Below, piece after piece: positions 24,551 to 37,093 of a DNA stretch of 64,000 nt. The notes beneath the pieces are model-generated. The model was not told the DNA's origin, made no database searches, and saw only the letters and a program-made list of their open reading frames with translations. Position numbers and translations under genes: made by a program. Numbering within the stretch: position 1 is the first letter of the stretch; each line of letters begins with the position of its first letter. This DNA is from Mobula hypostoma (taxonomy: Eukaryota): assembly GCF_963921235.1 (NCBI RefSeq), contig NC_086118.1, positions 20,276,001 through 20,340,000 of the forward strand. The letters run 5' to 3'.

Positions 24551-25478
24551 TTAGTTTAAACCCTCCCAAACCATGCCAGCCAACCTACCTGCAAAGATAT
24601 TGCTCCCCCTCGAGTTCAGGTGCAACCCATCCAATCTGTACAGGTACCACCTTCCCCAGAAGAGATCCCAATGATCCAAAAATCTAAAACCCTGCTCCCT
24701 GCACCAACTCCTCAGCCACGTATTCAACTGCCATCTCCTCCAGTTCTTACCATCACTGTCACGTAGCACTGGCAGCAATCCTAAGAACGAAACCCTTGAG
24801 ATCCTGTTCTAGTTCCCGAAACTCACACTTCAGGACCTCATCCCTCTTCCTGCCTATGTCGTTGGTCCCAACATGTATCATGACTTCTGGTTGCTTTCCC
24901 TCTTGTACCAGGATGTCATGCACCCGGTCAGAGACATCCCAGAACCTGGCACCCGGAAGGCAACAAACCATGCGGGTGTCCTTCTCACGTCCACAAAATC
25001 TCCTGTCTGCTCCCCTGACTATAGAGTCTCCAATGACAACAGCTCTCCTGTTCTCCATCCCACCCTTCTGCACCACCTGGTCAGACTCAGTGCCGGAGAC
25101 CCTGCCACCGTGTCTCACACCTGGTCGGCCGCCCCCGCCAACAGTATCCAGGACGGTAAACTTATTATTCAGGGGAATGGCTACAGGGGTGCTCTGCACT
25201 ACCTGTCTGCTCAACTTCGCTTTCCCCCCTCTGACTGTCACCCAACGACCTGCTTCTGACAGCCTAGGTGTGACTACCTCCCTGTAGCTCTCATCTATGA
25301 CTGCCTCATTCTCCCTTATGAGTCGAAGGTCATCCAGGTACTGCTCCAGATTCCTTACGCGGTCTTCCAGATCATCCAGCCGTATGCACTTCTGGCAGAT
25401 GTGACTCTACGGGAGAGGGTCGTTCCCCCAAGACTGCCACATCTCACATGAGAGGCACATCACCGTCTCAGGAGACAT
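24551..25478 (-). pseudogene. CR1 ORF1 with Cys-rich N-terminus and SGNH/GDSL esterase domain, disrupted
   Basis: VIGDSIVRG, CCLPGA, IHVGTND and DGLHLN esterase blocks; N-terminal VMCLSCEMW..CQKC; ATG at 25478. Confidence 0.85.
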
Positions 25479-26072
25479 TGTAAAGACTAACTGCGAGCAA
25501 ACTTGTCCTCCGCCTCTTCTAGTTGATGCCTCTCGAGTCAAAGCCTCAAAGCTCCACTCCTTCACTGGCCCACTCACGCACTGGCCGCTTTACAAGCAAC
25601 ATGAATGTTGAGTTATTAAGCAAGAGAAGTATTCACTCTCTTTAAAGACAGTCTAACATCAGCCTCTGAGACGGAGATCACAGGGTCCTCAGGGGCAGCA
25701 GGAATCTTCACATTATGCAGTAAAATACCAAATACAATGTATAATTGTAAATGTGTAGTATTTAATAATTGTTTACAGGTTGTATTAATTATAACATTAA
25801 CAGCTGATGCTTTGAATATGTCATGCAATATGCTCAGAGTTATAAAGACTATTATGTTAAGGTGAGATTAGCCGTACGTGAAACGTATCTGGAGGGGGGG
25901 GATTCGCTGGAAATGTTTGCACCTTGAATGTATGTTTCAATGGTGTTAAGTACATTGTGAAGAGTCTTGTATTGAGAAAACTAAAAGAGGGGTGATTTTG
26001 TGTTCGGTTACATTTGTAACCATGTGTATATTTGGCAGTTTGCAATCAGACAGCTTGTTCACTCCATGAGCA

Positions 26073-26300
26073 TAAGAAACTCCACAGATGCTAGAATGAC
26101 AAAGCAACACACACAAAATGCCGGAGGAACTCGGCAGGTCAGGCAGCATCTATGGAAATGAATAGACAGTTGATGTTTCAGGCCAAAACCCTTCTTCAGG
26201 ACTTGAACAAGGGTCCTGAAGAAAGGTCTTGGCCCAAAACAGCGTATATCTGTTTATTTCCATAGATGCTACCTGACATGCTGAGATCTTCCAGCACTTT
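26073..26300. mobile_element. Palindromic PLE pseudo-LTR mini-element (inverted pair)
   Basis: Minus-strand pLTR with tail at ~26073-26204 and + pLTR at ~26212-26300, both with decayed CTGAAGA hammerhead cores. Confidence 0.75.
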
Positions 26301-26519
26301 GAGCTTATTCATCTTGCCTTCATATTCTCACGTAGAAATCTGCATATCAAACTTTACAAGCAACATGAATGTTGAATTATTAAGCAAGAGAAGCATTCAA
26401 TTTATCTACTGAATATATTTCCAGATCAAGTCCAAAGGCATCCATACTGTTATAGTGGTTGTCTGTAAACACCTTGGAACTACTGAGCCACCTCATTTAG
26501 TGTATTCCACCATCAACAA

Positions 26520-26767
26520 GGGCTGGCTGGTGGCGCAGTGAGATCAGCGCCGGACTCCGGAGCGAAGGTTCCCGAGTTCGAATCCAGGTTGGGCCATCCC
26601 CGAGCACGCTTTCCATCTCGTGCCGGGTTGAGTGTCGAGCTAGCCACTCGGCCTCGTAAAAAATACAAGGGTCGAGTCAGGAACGTTCATAACGTGACCC
26701 GGTTAATCCTGACGCCACGTGCCAGACAAGAATGGCTGAATGTCCGGTACGACACGCTTAAAAAAAA
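26520..26767 (+). mobile_element. tRNA-derived SINE (same head as 1933-2219, different 3' tail)
   Basis: A box TGGCGCAGTG, B box GAGTTCGAATCC, poly-A; TSD acatcaacaag / acatcgacaag (~26510-26520 / 26768-26778). Confidence 0.85.
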
Positions 26768-27249
26768 ACATCGACAAGTAAAGTGTCTGAACAGACTTGA
26801 AAAATCCTGAAGGGCAAAATTGCCTTAAAGTGTTTACAAAATATTATGAAGATGGAACAGACATGTTGTATAAATACTTTGCTGCATTGTTGGTAAATGG
26901 GATATCGAGGAGATGTGTGCAACCAACTAGGCAAGTTGTTTGTGAATTCAGGGGCTTATGTACCCACTGCAGAGCCTTGAGTGTTAAATGTATGACAAGC
27001 AGATAATGTAGGTGGTTCAAAGCTCTATTTTTACCAGCATGAATGCTGTTGAAGGGAAAAGTATTTGGGATTTGTACAGACTGAAGTCACACAAAAGTGA
27101 GTTAGAGTTATAAGTCATGCAGAATACTGGATTACCAGATATGTCTAACAAATAAATACCATGGATGCCCAGCATCTGAGGGAGAAATATATCTAACAAA
27201 TTATGATATCTATTTATTTATTATAAAGTCAAGTAAAACCATTATTTAA

Positions 27250-28330
27250 AAATAAGCTGCAGATGCTAGAAATCTGAAAAACAAAACAGAAAATAAACTC
27301 TTCTTGGGCTTCCAGCCAGGTGCAGGTATCGATTTTAGTGGATACTTCGATGACAAACTCTGTCTTCTTCATCAGGGATGATGTCTGGGCATGTCTAGTC
27401 CGATGGTATTTATACCCCCATCGTCCATCAATCACTCCTGACTGGTCAGTCCTCATCCAATCAGGTTTCCGCTGACCCACCTTGTTTACAATTGAATTCC
27501 TGTTCTTACTTAGAGCGAGACCTTCGGCTTTGTTAAAATTCTTTTCCTCTAGTTTTATTTCAATGGCTTCATTCACCAGGCAGTCCAAAAGTCACTGTCG
27601 CGGCACAGTAGTTTTGTGCCGTTGAAGTCAATCCTATGGCCATTGCGAATGCAAAATTCTGCTGCCGCTGATTTCTCTGGATAACCCAAATGGATACACA
27701 TCCTATGGTCCTTGTTGTGGGTTTTCACCGTGCATTCCGTCTGGCCGATATATGCTGCTCCGCATTCACAGGGAATCCTGTAAACGCCAGCCGTCCTGAG
27801 ACCCAAGTCATCTTTGAGCCACGTAAACTGCGATTTGAGCTTCCTTATGACTCTGTGGATGTTATTAATCCAGTACTCCTTCAGGATCCTGCCAATACTT
27901 CCAGAAACCCCCATTTGCTATGGAAATAAAGAGAAGACAGGTGGTGGCGATGGGTTTCTCCTCGTTGTGAGGTTTCCTGGCTTTTCTGTCATCCCTTTTA
28001 AGGGCCCTATAAATTTCCTTCACTTTGTAGCCATTCTGTAGGAATGTCATACATAATTGTCTTATTTCCTCGTGAATATAAAGCTAGTTGAAACTCGAAA
28101 CCTGTACCCAGCTGGAAGCCCAGGGAGAGTTTATTTGTCATATACACCAGGAAAGCGCTAGAACCTTTCTCAAAACAAAAAATATTGGTAATATTCAGAG
28201 GGTTAGGCAGCATCTGTGAAAAGGGAAACTGAGTTGATGCTACAGGTCAAAGACAAAAGGTCTTCAGCCTGAAATGTTAAGCCTACTTCTTCTTCCACAG
28301 ATGCTGAGTGCTTTCAGTATTTTCTGTTTT
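27250..28330. mobile_element. Old palindromic Neptune-type pLTR mini-element, host of the Poseidon insertion
   Basis: gctgcagatgctagaaatctg tail before the insert; ggcagcatctgtg...cacagatgctg inverted arms after it. Confidence 0.55.
27296..28170 (-). mobile_element. Poseidon/Penelope-type PLE 3' fragment with GIY-YIG endonuclease and inverted pLTR
   Basis: LKDDLGLRTAGVYRIPCECGAAYIGQT; LVNEAIEIKL; decayed CTGATGA core at ~27340-27378 (-); inverted pLTR at ~28085-28170; TSD caaaacagaaaata 27282-27295 / caaaacaaaaaata 28171-28184. Confidence 0.85.
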
Positions 28331-28696
28331 TACAGAACAATTATTTGGGGAACATACTTCACTAGAGATAATTTTTTTAAAGAGTCAGCATGTTGAAAAT
28401 AAAAAGTTACGTTGTGCTTTGAACAGTAACTAAAAGGAGATAAAACTAGTTTGTAATTTCCAAATACAACTGAGTGTAACATCTTTTATTTTACTTCTGA
28501 AAGCTAAAACGTGGAAGACAAAATTCTGTAAAGTTAGACATAAAGTAAAACTCTGATAATTCGCTATTGAAAAACTTGAAGGTTCTGTTTCCTGCACTCC
28601 CTTTAAAATCACTGAGATTCATTCCTATATCCTCACTGGGCTCAGTTCCTGTATATCCTTCAAACTCCCTGGGGCCCTGTTTCCCTGTCTTTAAAC

Positions 28697-28777
28697 CAGG
28701 GGTTCCCAATCCTATTTATGCCATGGACCAATAGCATTAAGCAAGGGTTCTGTCGACCCCCAGGTTTGGAACCCCTG
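28697..28777. mobile_element. hAT (Charlie-like) MITE, 81 bp
   Basis: TIRs caggggttccca / ttggaacccctg; degenerate 8-bp TSD ctttaaac / cttgaaat. Confidence 0.7.
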
Positions 28778-30569
28778 CTTGAAATTCACTGGCACTCTGT
28801 TTTGCACACTCCCTTTAAACTCACCTATTTCACTAAGTAGGGCCAGTACCACCCAAGTTCTAAGGATACTGGATTATTGCAGTTTTACTGTATATGGAGA
28901 TTCACTGACTTTGCTATATGTTACTGCCAAGCGGTTCCTGTGAGTTACACTGCTGATAATATAATATTCTCCTGAAGATTATGTAGTATTTCAGTACGAA
29001 GCTCTTAATCCAGATTCCATATTTGCTATGGAAATTAAACATTTGATTCACTTGGAGAGAATATTAAGTGTATTCCAAATTTGGCATTGTACTGATGTGC
29101 AACACTGTGCTAACTGAGGCATTGCACTGGACATCTTGCTTATTGTAAGTATATACAACATATTTACATATTGTATATATTCCAGATAACACTGGAAAAT
29201 ATTTTTTGCAAAATAGCTAAACTACTTATAACGCTAATTTTTCTTGGAGTAGATTGCTCATACACTAGTTCAATTTATCTTTTAATGTTCCTAATGCTCA
29301 AATAAACATCAAAATTCCTCCTGTCAGAGCCAGTGTTTTTTATGGGATTGAGAAAGATCATAGTTTGTGACATTGTGCAGCTGCAAGTTACAGTGCCCAA
29401 GTGTATTTTTTTTCCCATTGAGCACCCACCATGTTTGAAATACAAACTGGGTTAAGCACCTTCTCATAAACACGCTGCTCTTAAAAATCATGCAAGATCA
29501 ACATTACGCTGTGTTGCCTGGCTTGCTGTTCAAAACTAGTGTGTAGTTGTCGAGATGGCAGAACTATATGGCCACATTGTGTGACTTCTGTGAATGCTGC
29601 AATGTTGGGAAGCTGAATTCTTTGTATCCTAACGCACCTTTTTACTGAATCCTGAGCAAAGGAAGAATACAGAAGAATAACATGCTCTTTTCTACAAAAT
29701 GTTATACATCCTGACCATTGTCTTGGTACAGTCATATAAGCAAACATTAAATATTTAATTTAATCTGCAATAAGACCATCTGATAATAGGCAAGTTAAAC
29801 AAAGGAATCTGTCTCTGATGAATCACAGGCTGATTATTCCAAAGAACCTTATCGTGAAGCAGATGTACTAATCCTTCTGTAAGTTGTTAATAGAAACCTT
29901 AAAATGCAGTATGCACTGATCAATTTTCTAATTTCCTATATTTCCTATAGGAACAGAGATCCCATTGGTTTCAATGGGAGACTCAGCCTGAGAATGAGAA
30001 AGATGGACATGAGCTCATTGAAATGATTTAAATTTACTATAATGTTTTTAATAATTTCTAAGTTTTAAAACAGGATTTAATGCTTTTTTAACTTTATAAC
30101 TTTTTTAATGTTTCTGAAAACCAAATTTCCACCCAAAGTCTTGTCTCTGCTAAAGCCTACCATGACATTTTGGGGATGTCTATTATGATAGTTGAGACTC
30201 ACTTCCAACCCATTCTCTGGATTGCAGAGGGACAGGAAGTTCGTCTCTACCCAACCAGTCCAGCATGAGAGTGTGAACAAAGGTTATGGTAATCGGCTAG
30301 GTCCAACAGTACCTGAGACAAGAATTAAATTGAAGTTCATAGTTAGTTTTCCTTCAGTGGTAGCATTTACACTTCTGCAAAAAATTCTATCACTATGACT
30401 TAAACATATTTTCATGACAGGTGCTTTAGTGGAAGTTTCACTGCACTGTCTTTCCTGCATAGTCACATCTGCTTTCTCAAATCAGTTTGCAAGATATAAA
30501 GGCACTATTTTCTCTAGCATATTGGAGATTACTAATCCCTAGATTAAAACAATTAAAATCAGATTATTT

Positions 30570-30950
30570 CTCCAAGTACGCAGGACTGGTCAGTAAATGT
30601 CATCAGGCTGGATGGAGAGCGAGGTGTCTCCCAGTGGAGGTTGGTTGTAGGGGATTTGTAGGCCACTCTTTAGCCAGAGTCTTCAGCATTTTGGGCATCG
30701 AAGGAGAGAGGAAGAGGAGAGCCATCTGCAGTACCACCGATGCGGCAGAGAGGACCTCAAGATGGCTGCGACAAAAAAGGGGAGCCATGGAGTCATAAGT
30801 AGCTAACCATCTGGACACAAGCTGGGGTTGATCAGCCCCGGCTGGGTCACCTGGAGGAGGTTGTATGATGTTGAAAGACCCGAAACACCCGTTGATTCCA
30901 GGAACATCACTGAAGATGTGTCCAGAGGCATCAGTAGATGTATGTACACA
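30570..30950 (+). mobile_element. RLE-type non-LTR retrotransposon (HERO-like) 3' fragment
   Basis: SKYAGLVSKCHQAGWRARCLPVEVGCRGFVG..AAERTSRWL, a restriction-like endonuclease C-terminus, followed by a structured 3' UTR. Confidence 0.65.
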
Positions 30951-31894
30951 GCAGGTATTTGAATCCCAACTAGATGTGTGAATTACGTGCAGTTGGAGCC
31001 TGAGGGTGTCAGATTATTTGGGTATTTAAGTGCCAACTAAATGTGTGAATTACGTGTGGTTGGAGTCTGAGGGTGTCTCTGAAAGGTGTCCTGGATCAGC
31101 AAAGGAAACCTGTTGTGTAAATCTCAGGGTACTGGCAGGAGAAAACCTGAAAGAAATCATAAATGAATGTTGAAGTAGCCAGGGCCACTCATCAGGAAAG
31201 ATTCTTTGCCTAAAAATGTATCTGTTCAGTAGCACGTAGCTATGTTATATCATTGTGTCAGTCACTGGAATCAATGGAATGAATATCAGGGGCAAAGTAC
31301 AACATGTTGACATCACTGTACAGTATGCATAGTGCAACCAACCAGGATTCATTTCTAGGCATTTATATCAATCAGCAATACAACTTTGGAGCAAAAGAAC
31401 AGGAGAAGGTCATTAAGCCTCTTGAGGCTGCTCCTTAATTTAGTAATTTAGTTGTCAGCTCTGCAAAAATAATCTGTTTAAACATGCATTACCCTTTTGA
31501 ATGCCTGGTATTCTCGACGCAAACCTAACCTGAATTTAAATAACAGTTTATGATGCTGGAAGCTCTGGACAGGTTAGATATCATTGTGGGGAGAGAAAAA
31601 AATAAGCAACAGTGTTCTAGTGATATGAAAATCACCGATAACTTCAGTTAGAGAACATATATCATTGAATATTTTTGAGGCAAAGGTAAGTAGAGGAGGT
31701 GAAAGATTACAAGGGTAGTCAGGAATGTAGGGCTGGGGTTCCAATCAACAGCTGCAATATACTTCGCGCAAACTTGAGAGTCGTGTGGGTACTCCTGCTG
31801 CTAATTCATGTGTTCATTTATGCAACTCACTAGCACTGAGAACTGTTTGAGATGTAGCTTTTATGGCTGTCTGTAGAAAATTAGGCAAACATCT

Positions 31895-32695
31895 GAAAGT
31901 CAAAGGAATCAGAGGTGGAGGGGGTCAGCAACTTTAAAATCCTCAGGGTTTTTATTTCAGAGGACTTGTCCTGGACCTAGCACGTACGTGAAGTTACAAA
32001 GAAAGCACAGCAATGCCTCTACTTCCTTAGGAGTTTCGAAGATTCGGCATGACATCTAAAACTTCCGTAAATTTTATATTGATGTGCAGTGGAGAGTTTA
32101 ATGACTGGCTGCATCACAGTCCTTAAACAGAAAATCCTACAAAAAGTAGTGGATTTGGCCCAGTTCATCATGGGTAAAGCCCTCCCCAGTATTGAGCACA
32201 TCTACACAAAGCATTGTCCCAGAAAAGCAGCATCCACCATTGGGGACCCCCACAGCCCAGAACATGCTCTCTTCTTCCTGTTGTAGTCAGGAAGAAGGTA
32301 CAAAAGCCTCAGGACTGACACCACCAGGTCAGGAACAGTTAGCTATTGCCCCTTAATCATCAGGTTTTTAAACCAAAGTGAATAACTTCACTCAACTCCA
32401 CTAGCCCAGTCATTGAAATGTTGCCACAACCTGTGGACTCACTTTCAGGAACTTTCCATCTTGTGTTTTTGATGTTTATTGCTTATTTATTTATTATTAT
32501 TTCTTTGTTTTTGTACTTGCACAGTTTGTTGTGTTTTACACGCTGGTTGAACACCCAGGTTGGTCTGGTCCTTCATTAATTCTGTTATGGTTATTATTCT
32601 ATTATTGATTTATCGTGTATGCCCGCAAAAAATAAATCTCAGGGTTGTATATGGTGACATATATGTACTTTGAGAATAAATTTACTTTGAACTTC
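31895..32695 (+). mobile_element. Rex1/Babar-type LINE 3' fragment
   Basis: VESLMTGCIT..LQKVVDLAQFIMGKALPSIEHIYTKHCPRKAASTIGDPHSPEHALF; AATAAA followed by a (ctttgaa) tail. Confidence 0.8.
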
Positions 32696-32879
32696 AAATA
32701 AGAAAGATGCTAAAAGACAGAGGTGAAGTAGATATACTGGAAGAAGACTTTGGTGCATTAGGAAGCCAGCACAGATCGGTAGAGCTGCCTACGTCACTTG
32801 ATCAGCCATTGGGGAGCAGTAACAGGATGTTAAAATCTCACAATCCGAAACCCAGTCTGAATTTGGGTTAATAGTGACC

Positions 32880-35690
32880 ATTTATTATTGCACTATTACA
32901 AACTGCCAGATATGATGTTGTAGACATAACTGAAACATGGCTGAAGGACGTTTGTAGTTGGGAGCTGAATGTCCAGGGTCACACAATATATTGGAGGGAT
33001 GGGAAGGTAGGCGGAGGGGGTGGTGTGGCTCTACTGGTAAAGAATGGCATCAAATCAGTGGAAAGATGTGACATAGGATCTGAAGATGTTGAATCCATGT
33101 GGGTTGAGTTAAGAAACTGCAAGGGTAAAAGGAAGTTGATGGCAGTTATATACAGGCCTCCCAAGAGTGGCTGGGAGGTGGACCACATATTTCAACAGGA
33201 AATAGAAAAGGTATGTTATGGTAGTCATGGGAGATTTTAACATGCAGGTCGATTGGGAAAAGCAGGTTGGTAATGGATCTCAAAAGAGTGAATTTGTTGA
33301 ATGCCTAAGGGATGGCTTTTTAGAGCAGTTTGTCGTGAGCCTAATAGGGGATCAGCTATACTGGATTGAGTGTAATGTAATGAACCAAAGGTGATTAGGG
33401 AGTTTAAGGTAAAAGAACATTTAGGAACCAGTGATCAGAATATGATTGAGTTCCACTTGAAATTTGATAGGGAGAAAGTAAAGTCTGATGTAGCAGTATT
33501 TCAGTGGAGTACAGGGAATTACAGTGGTATGAGAGAGGAGCTGGCCAAAGTAAATTGGAAGGAGCTGCTGGCAGGGATGTCAGCAGAGCAGCAATGGCAT
33601 CCGTTTCTGGGAAAAATGAGGAAGGTGCAGGACATGTGTATTCCAGAAATGAAGAAATACTCAAATGGTAAAATAGTACAACCATGGCTGACAAGGGAAG
33701 TCAAAGCTATTATAAAAGCAAAAGAAAGTGCCTACAACAAAGCAAAAATTAGTGGGAAGATAGCGGATTGGGAAGTTTTAAAAAACCTACTGAGAGCAAC
33801 TGAAAGAATCATTAGAAGGGAAAAGGTGAAATATGAAAGCAAGCTAGCAAATAATATCAAAGTGGATAGTAAAAGTTTTTTCAAGTATGTTAAAAACAAA
33901 AAAGAGAAATGAGAGTGGATATAGGACCACTAGAAAATGAGGCAAGAGAAATAATAATGGGGGACAAGGAGATGGTTGATGAACTAAATGAGTATTTTGC
34001 ATCAATCTTCACTGTGGAAGACACTAGCAGTATACCTGATGTTGTACTGTGTGAAGGAAGAGAAATGGATGCAGTTACTGTTACAAGAGAGAAGGTGCTC
34101 AAAAACCTGAAAGGCCTAAAGATACATAGGTCACCCAGACCAGATGAACTGCACCCTAGGTTTCTGAAAGAGGTAGCATTAGAGATTGTGGTGGCATTAG
34201 GAATGATCTTTCAAAAATCATTGCATTCTGGCATGGTGCCAGATGACTGGAAAATTGGAAATATCACTCCACTCTTCAAAAAAGGAGGAAGGCAGCAGAA
34301 AAGAAATTATAGACCAGTTAGCCTGACCTCAGTGGTTGGGAAGATGTCAGAGTCGATTGTTAAAGATGAGGTGATGGAGTACTTGGTGACACAGGACAAG
34401 ATAGTACAAAGTCAGCATGGCTTCCTTCAGGGAAAATCCAGCCTGACGAACCTGTTGGAATTCTTTGAGGAGATTACAAGTAGGATAGATAAAGGGGATG
34501 CAATGGATGTTATATATTTGGACTTTCAGAAGGCCTTTGACAAGGTGCCACAAATGAGGCTGTTTACCAAGTTAAGAGCCCATGGTATACAGGAAGGTTA
34601 CGAACATAGTTAGGGCATTGGCTGATTGGTAGGAGGCTGCGAGTGTGAATAAAAGGATCCTTTTTTAGTTGGCTGCCAGTGACTAATTGTGTTCCACAGG
34701 GGTCGGTGTTGGGATCACTTCTTCTTATGCTGTATATAAATGATTTGGATGATGGAATAGATGGCTTTGTTGCCAAGTTTCTGGGTAATACGAAGATTGG
34801 TGGAGGGGCAGGTTGTGTTGAGGAAAAAAGTAAGATACAGATTAGGAGAATGGGTAAGAAAGTGGCAAATGAAGTACAATGTTAGAAAATGCATGGTCAT
34901 GCACTTTGGTAGTAGAAGTAAATGTGTGGATTATTTTCTAAATGGGGAGAAAATCCAAAAATCTGAGATGCAAAGGGACTTGTGAGTCCTCGTGCAGAAC
35001 ACCCTAAAGGTTAAATTGCAAGTCAAGTCAGTGGTGAGGAAGGCAAATGCTATGTTAGCATTTATTTCAAGAGGTCCAGAGTAAAAGAGCAAGGATATGA
35101 TGCTGAGGCTCTATAAGGCACCGGTAAGTCCTCACCTTGAGTATTGTGAATAGTTTTGGGCCTCTCATCTTAGAAGAGATGTGCTGGCATTGGAGAGGGT
35201 CCAAAGGAGGTTCACAAGGATGATTCCAGGAATGAAAGGGTTATCATACAAGGAACATTTGGGTCGGTACTTGCTGGAATTCAGAAAGATGAGGGGGGAT
35301 CTCATTGAAACCTTCCAAATGTTGAAAAGCCTCGACAGAGTAGATGTGGAAAGGATGTTTCCCATGGTGGGAGAGTCTAGGATAAGAGGACACGGCCTCA
35401 GGATAGAAGGGCCCCCTTTCAAAACAGAGAAATTTCTTTAGCCAAAGGCTGAAGAATTTGTGGAATTTGTTGCCATGTACAGCTGTGGAGGCCAGGTCAT
35501 TGGATGTATTTAAGGCAGAGATTGGTAGGTTCTTGATTGGACATGGTATCAAAGGTTACGGGGAGAAGGCCGGGAACTAAGGTCGAGGAGGAGAGGTAAA
35601 AAGGATCAGCTATGATTGAATGCCGGAGCAGACTTGATGGGCCAAATGGCCTAATTCTGCTCTTATGCCTTATAGCCTTATGGTCTTTAT
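32880..35690 (+). mobile_element. CR1 LINE ORF2 and 3' UTR (second CR1 family), decayed
   Basis: APE (ITETWL, IYRPP) and RT (NYRPVSLTSVVGK, DFQKAFD, VPQGSVLG) motifs, ALERVQRRFTRM; ttatggtc-type tail. Confidence 0.9.
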
Positions 35691-36164
35691 AGTTTTAACT
35701 GGAGTTGGTTGGAGGCAAATTGGAATTGAACAATGGAAGATAGCAATATTACCATCTTCACTAAATTTAAATAGACTTTCAAATTTAACCTTACGTGGTT
35801 GATTTCCTGAGGCTTGGTAAAGTTAACAGCTGTGGAACTTTGGAAATAAGTGACCTATTATAACTACTTGAGGCCCAGGAAGAGCAAAGATGCTTCCTCC
35901 TTTTTCCCAGTCCATCTTGCCCCTTCCGTCTTACTCACCAAAATAGACCTAAATGCAGCACATTTCCTGCCATTTTGAAAGCCTTATGCTCTCCTCCCCC
36001 CACCTTCCTACCTCCTTCTGTCTATAGCAGGACTGATGTTTCATGGATAATCTGAAATGATAATCCTATACTCTAACCATATGCCATGACTGGTATAAAT
36101 ATGGTTTCAGTTATCCCAGTAATATTTCTGACAGATATTCTTTAGCAAAAGGAGTATTTGTTAA

Positions 36165-36620
36165 ACCATAAGGTCATAAGGCATAGGAGCAGAATTAGGC
36201 CATTCGGCCCATTGAGTCTGTTCAGCCATTTGATCACGGCTGATGTATTATTCCTCTCAACCCCATTCTCATACCTTCTCCCTGTTACCTTTGACGCCCT
36301 TACTAAACAGGAACCTATTAACCTCTGCTGCAAATTTACCCAATATATTGCCCTCCGTAGTGGTCTGTGGCAATGAATTCCATAGATTCATAGATTCACC
36401 ACCCCTACGGCTAAAGAAATTCCTCCTCATCTCAGTTCCAAAAGGATGTTTTTTGTAGTCCGAGGCTGCAGCCACTGTTCTTAAATATCCTCAGTACAGA
36501 AAACATCCTCTCCATGTCCACTCTATCTAAGCCTTTCAATTTTCAATAGATTTCAATTAGATTCCTCCCCATCGCCCCAATCTTCTAAACCTCTAAATTC
36601 CAGCGTACAGGTGCAGAGTC
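36165..36620 (-). mobile_element. CR1 3' fragment
   Basis: HPFGTEMRRNFFS..MNLWNSLPQ and a CR1 3' UTR. Confidence 0.8.
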
Positions 36621-37093
36621 AAAGTTAGTGAAGAACTTTATCACATAATTAGGGGAATAGTTTCTCAGCAGAGGAGTTTGGTTAATGAGTGTAACTGGAA
36701 GAACCATGAGATAAAGAACTGTGAGGTTCATGTTCCTTCCAAGTTTTATTCAGAGAAAATTTAATAATCTTGCAAAGGCACAGTGTACAAATCTACTCCA
36801 AGAGTTAACCCCAAACAAGCTAGAACTCAAATTATACATTATTAATATTAAGAGTATTGTTGGCCCTTAAGTTGTGATCCAGCACTCTGAATCTGGTGGT
36901 CTTCAGGAAGCTTGATAGAGGGAAATAATACGGCACTTTCTAAGAATGGTAAATCTGAAATAAATCTTCATTGATGGCAAACTTTCTCCAGATTTGTCAT
37001 CTAATATAGCCTGCTTCATCCATTCAGTGCATTGAACCTGAGAGATGGCTCAAGGCTCACAAAGAAGATCATTAAACTACTTGATAGGGGAGA

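Larger units (their letters stand above)
21546..25590 (-). mobile_element. Near full-length CR1 LINE
   Basis: ORF1 and ORF2 (APE + RT) remnants; (GTTCTAT)n tail at 21546-21572; TSD ttcac 21541-21545 / 25632-25636. Confidence 0.95.
19987..25712 (-). mobile_element. Rex1/Babar LINE, 5'-truncated (19987-21545 and 25632-25712), split by a CR1 insertion
   Basis: [34 protein letters not shown] motifs; the frame [20 protein letters not shown] rejoins across the CR1; (GATTCT) tail at ~19987. Confidence 0.9.

Noticed and set aside
26520..26600. tRNA gene (also 1933-2010 and 18908-18980)
   Set aside because: The A/B boxes continue into SINE bodies and tails, so these are SINE heads.
30855..30895. Hammerhead-like motif in the HERO-like 3' UTR (atgatg..gaaac)
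   Set aside because: The core is not CUGANGA and there is no proper cleavage triplet or stem I.
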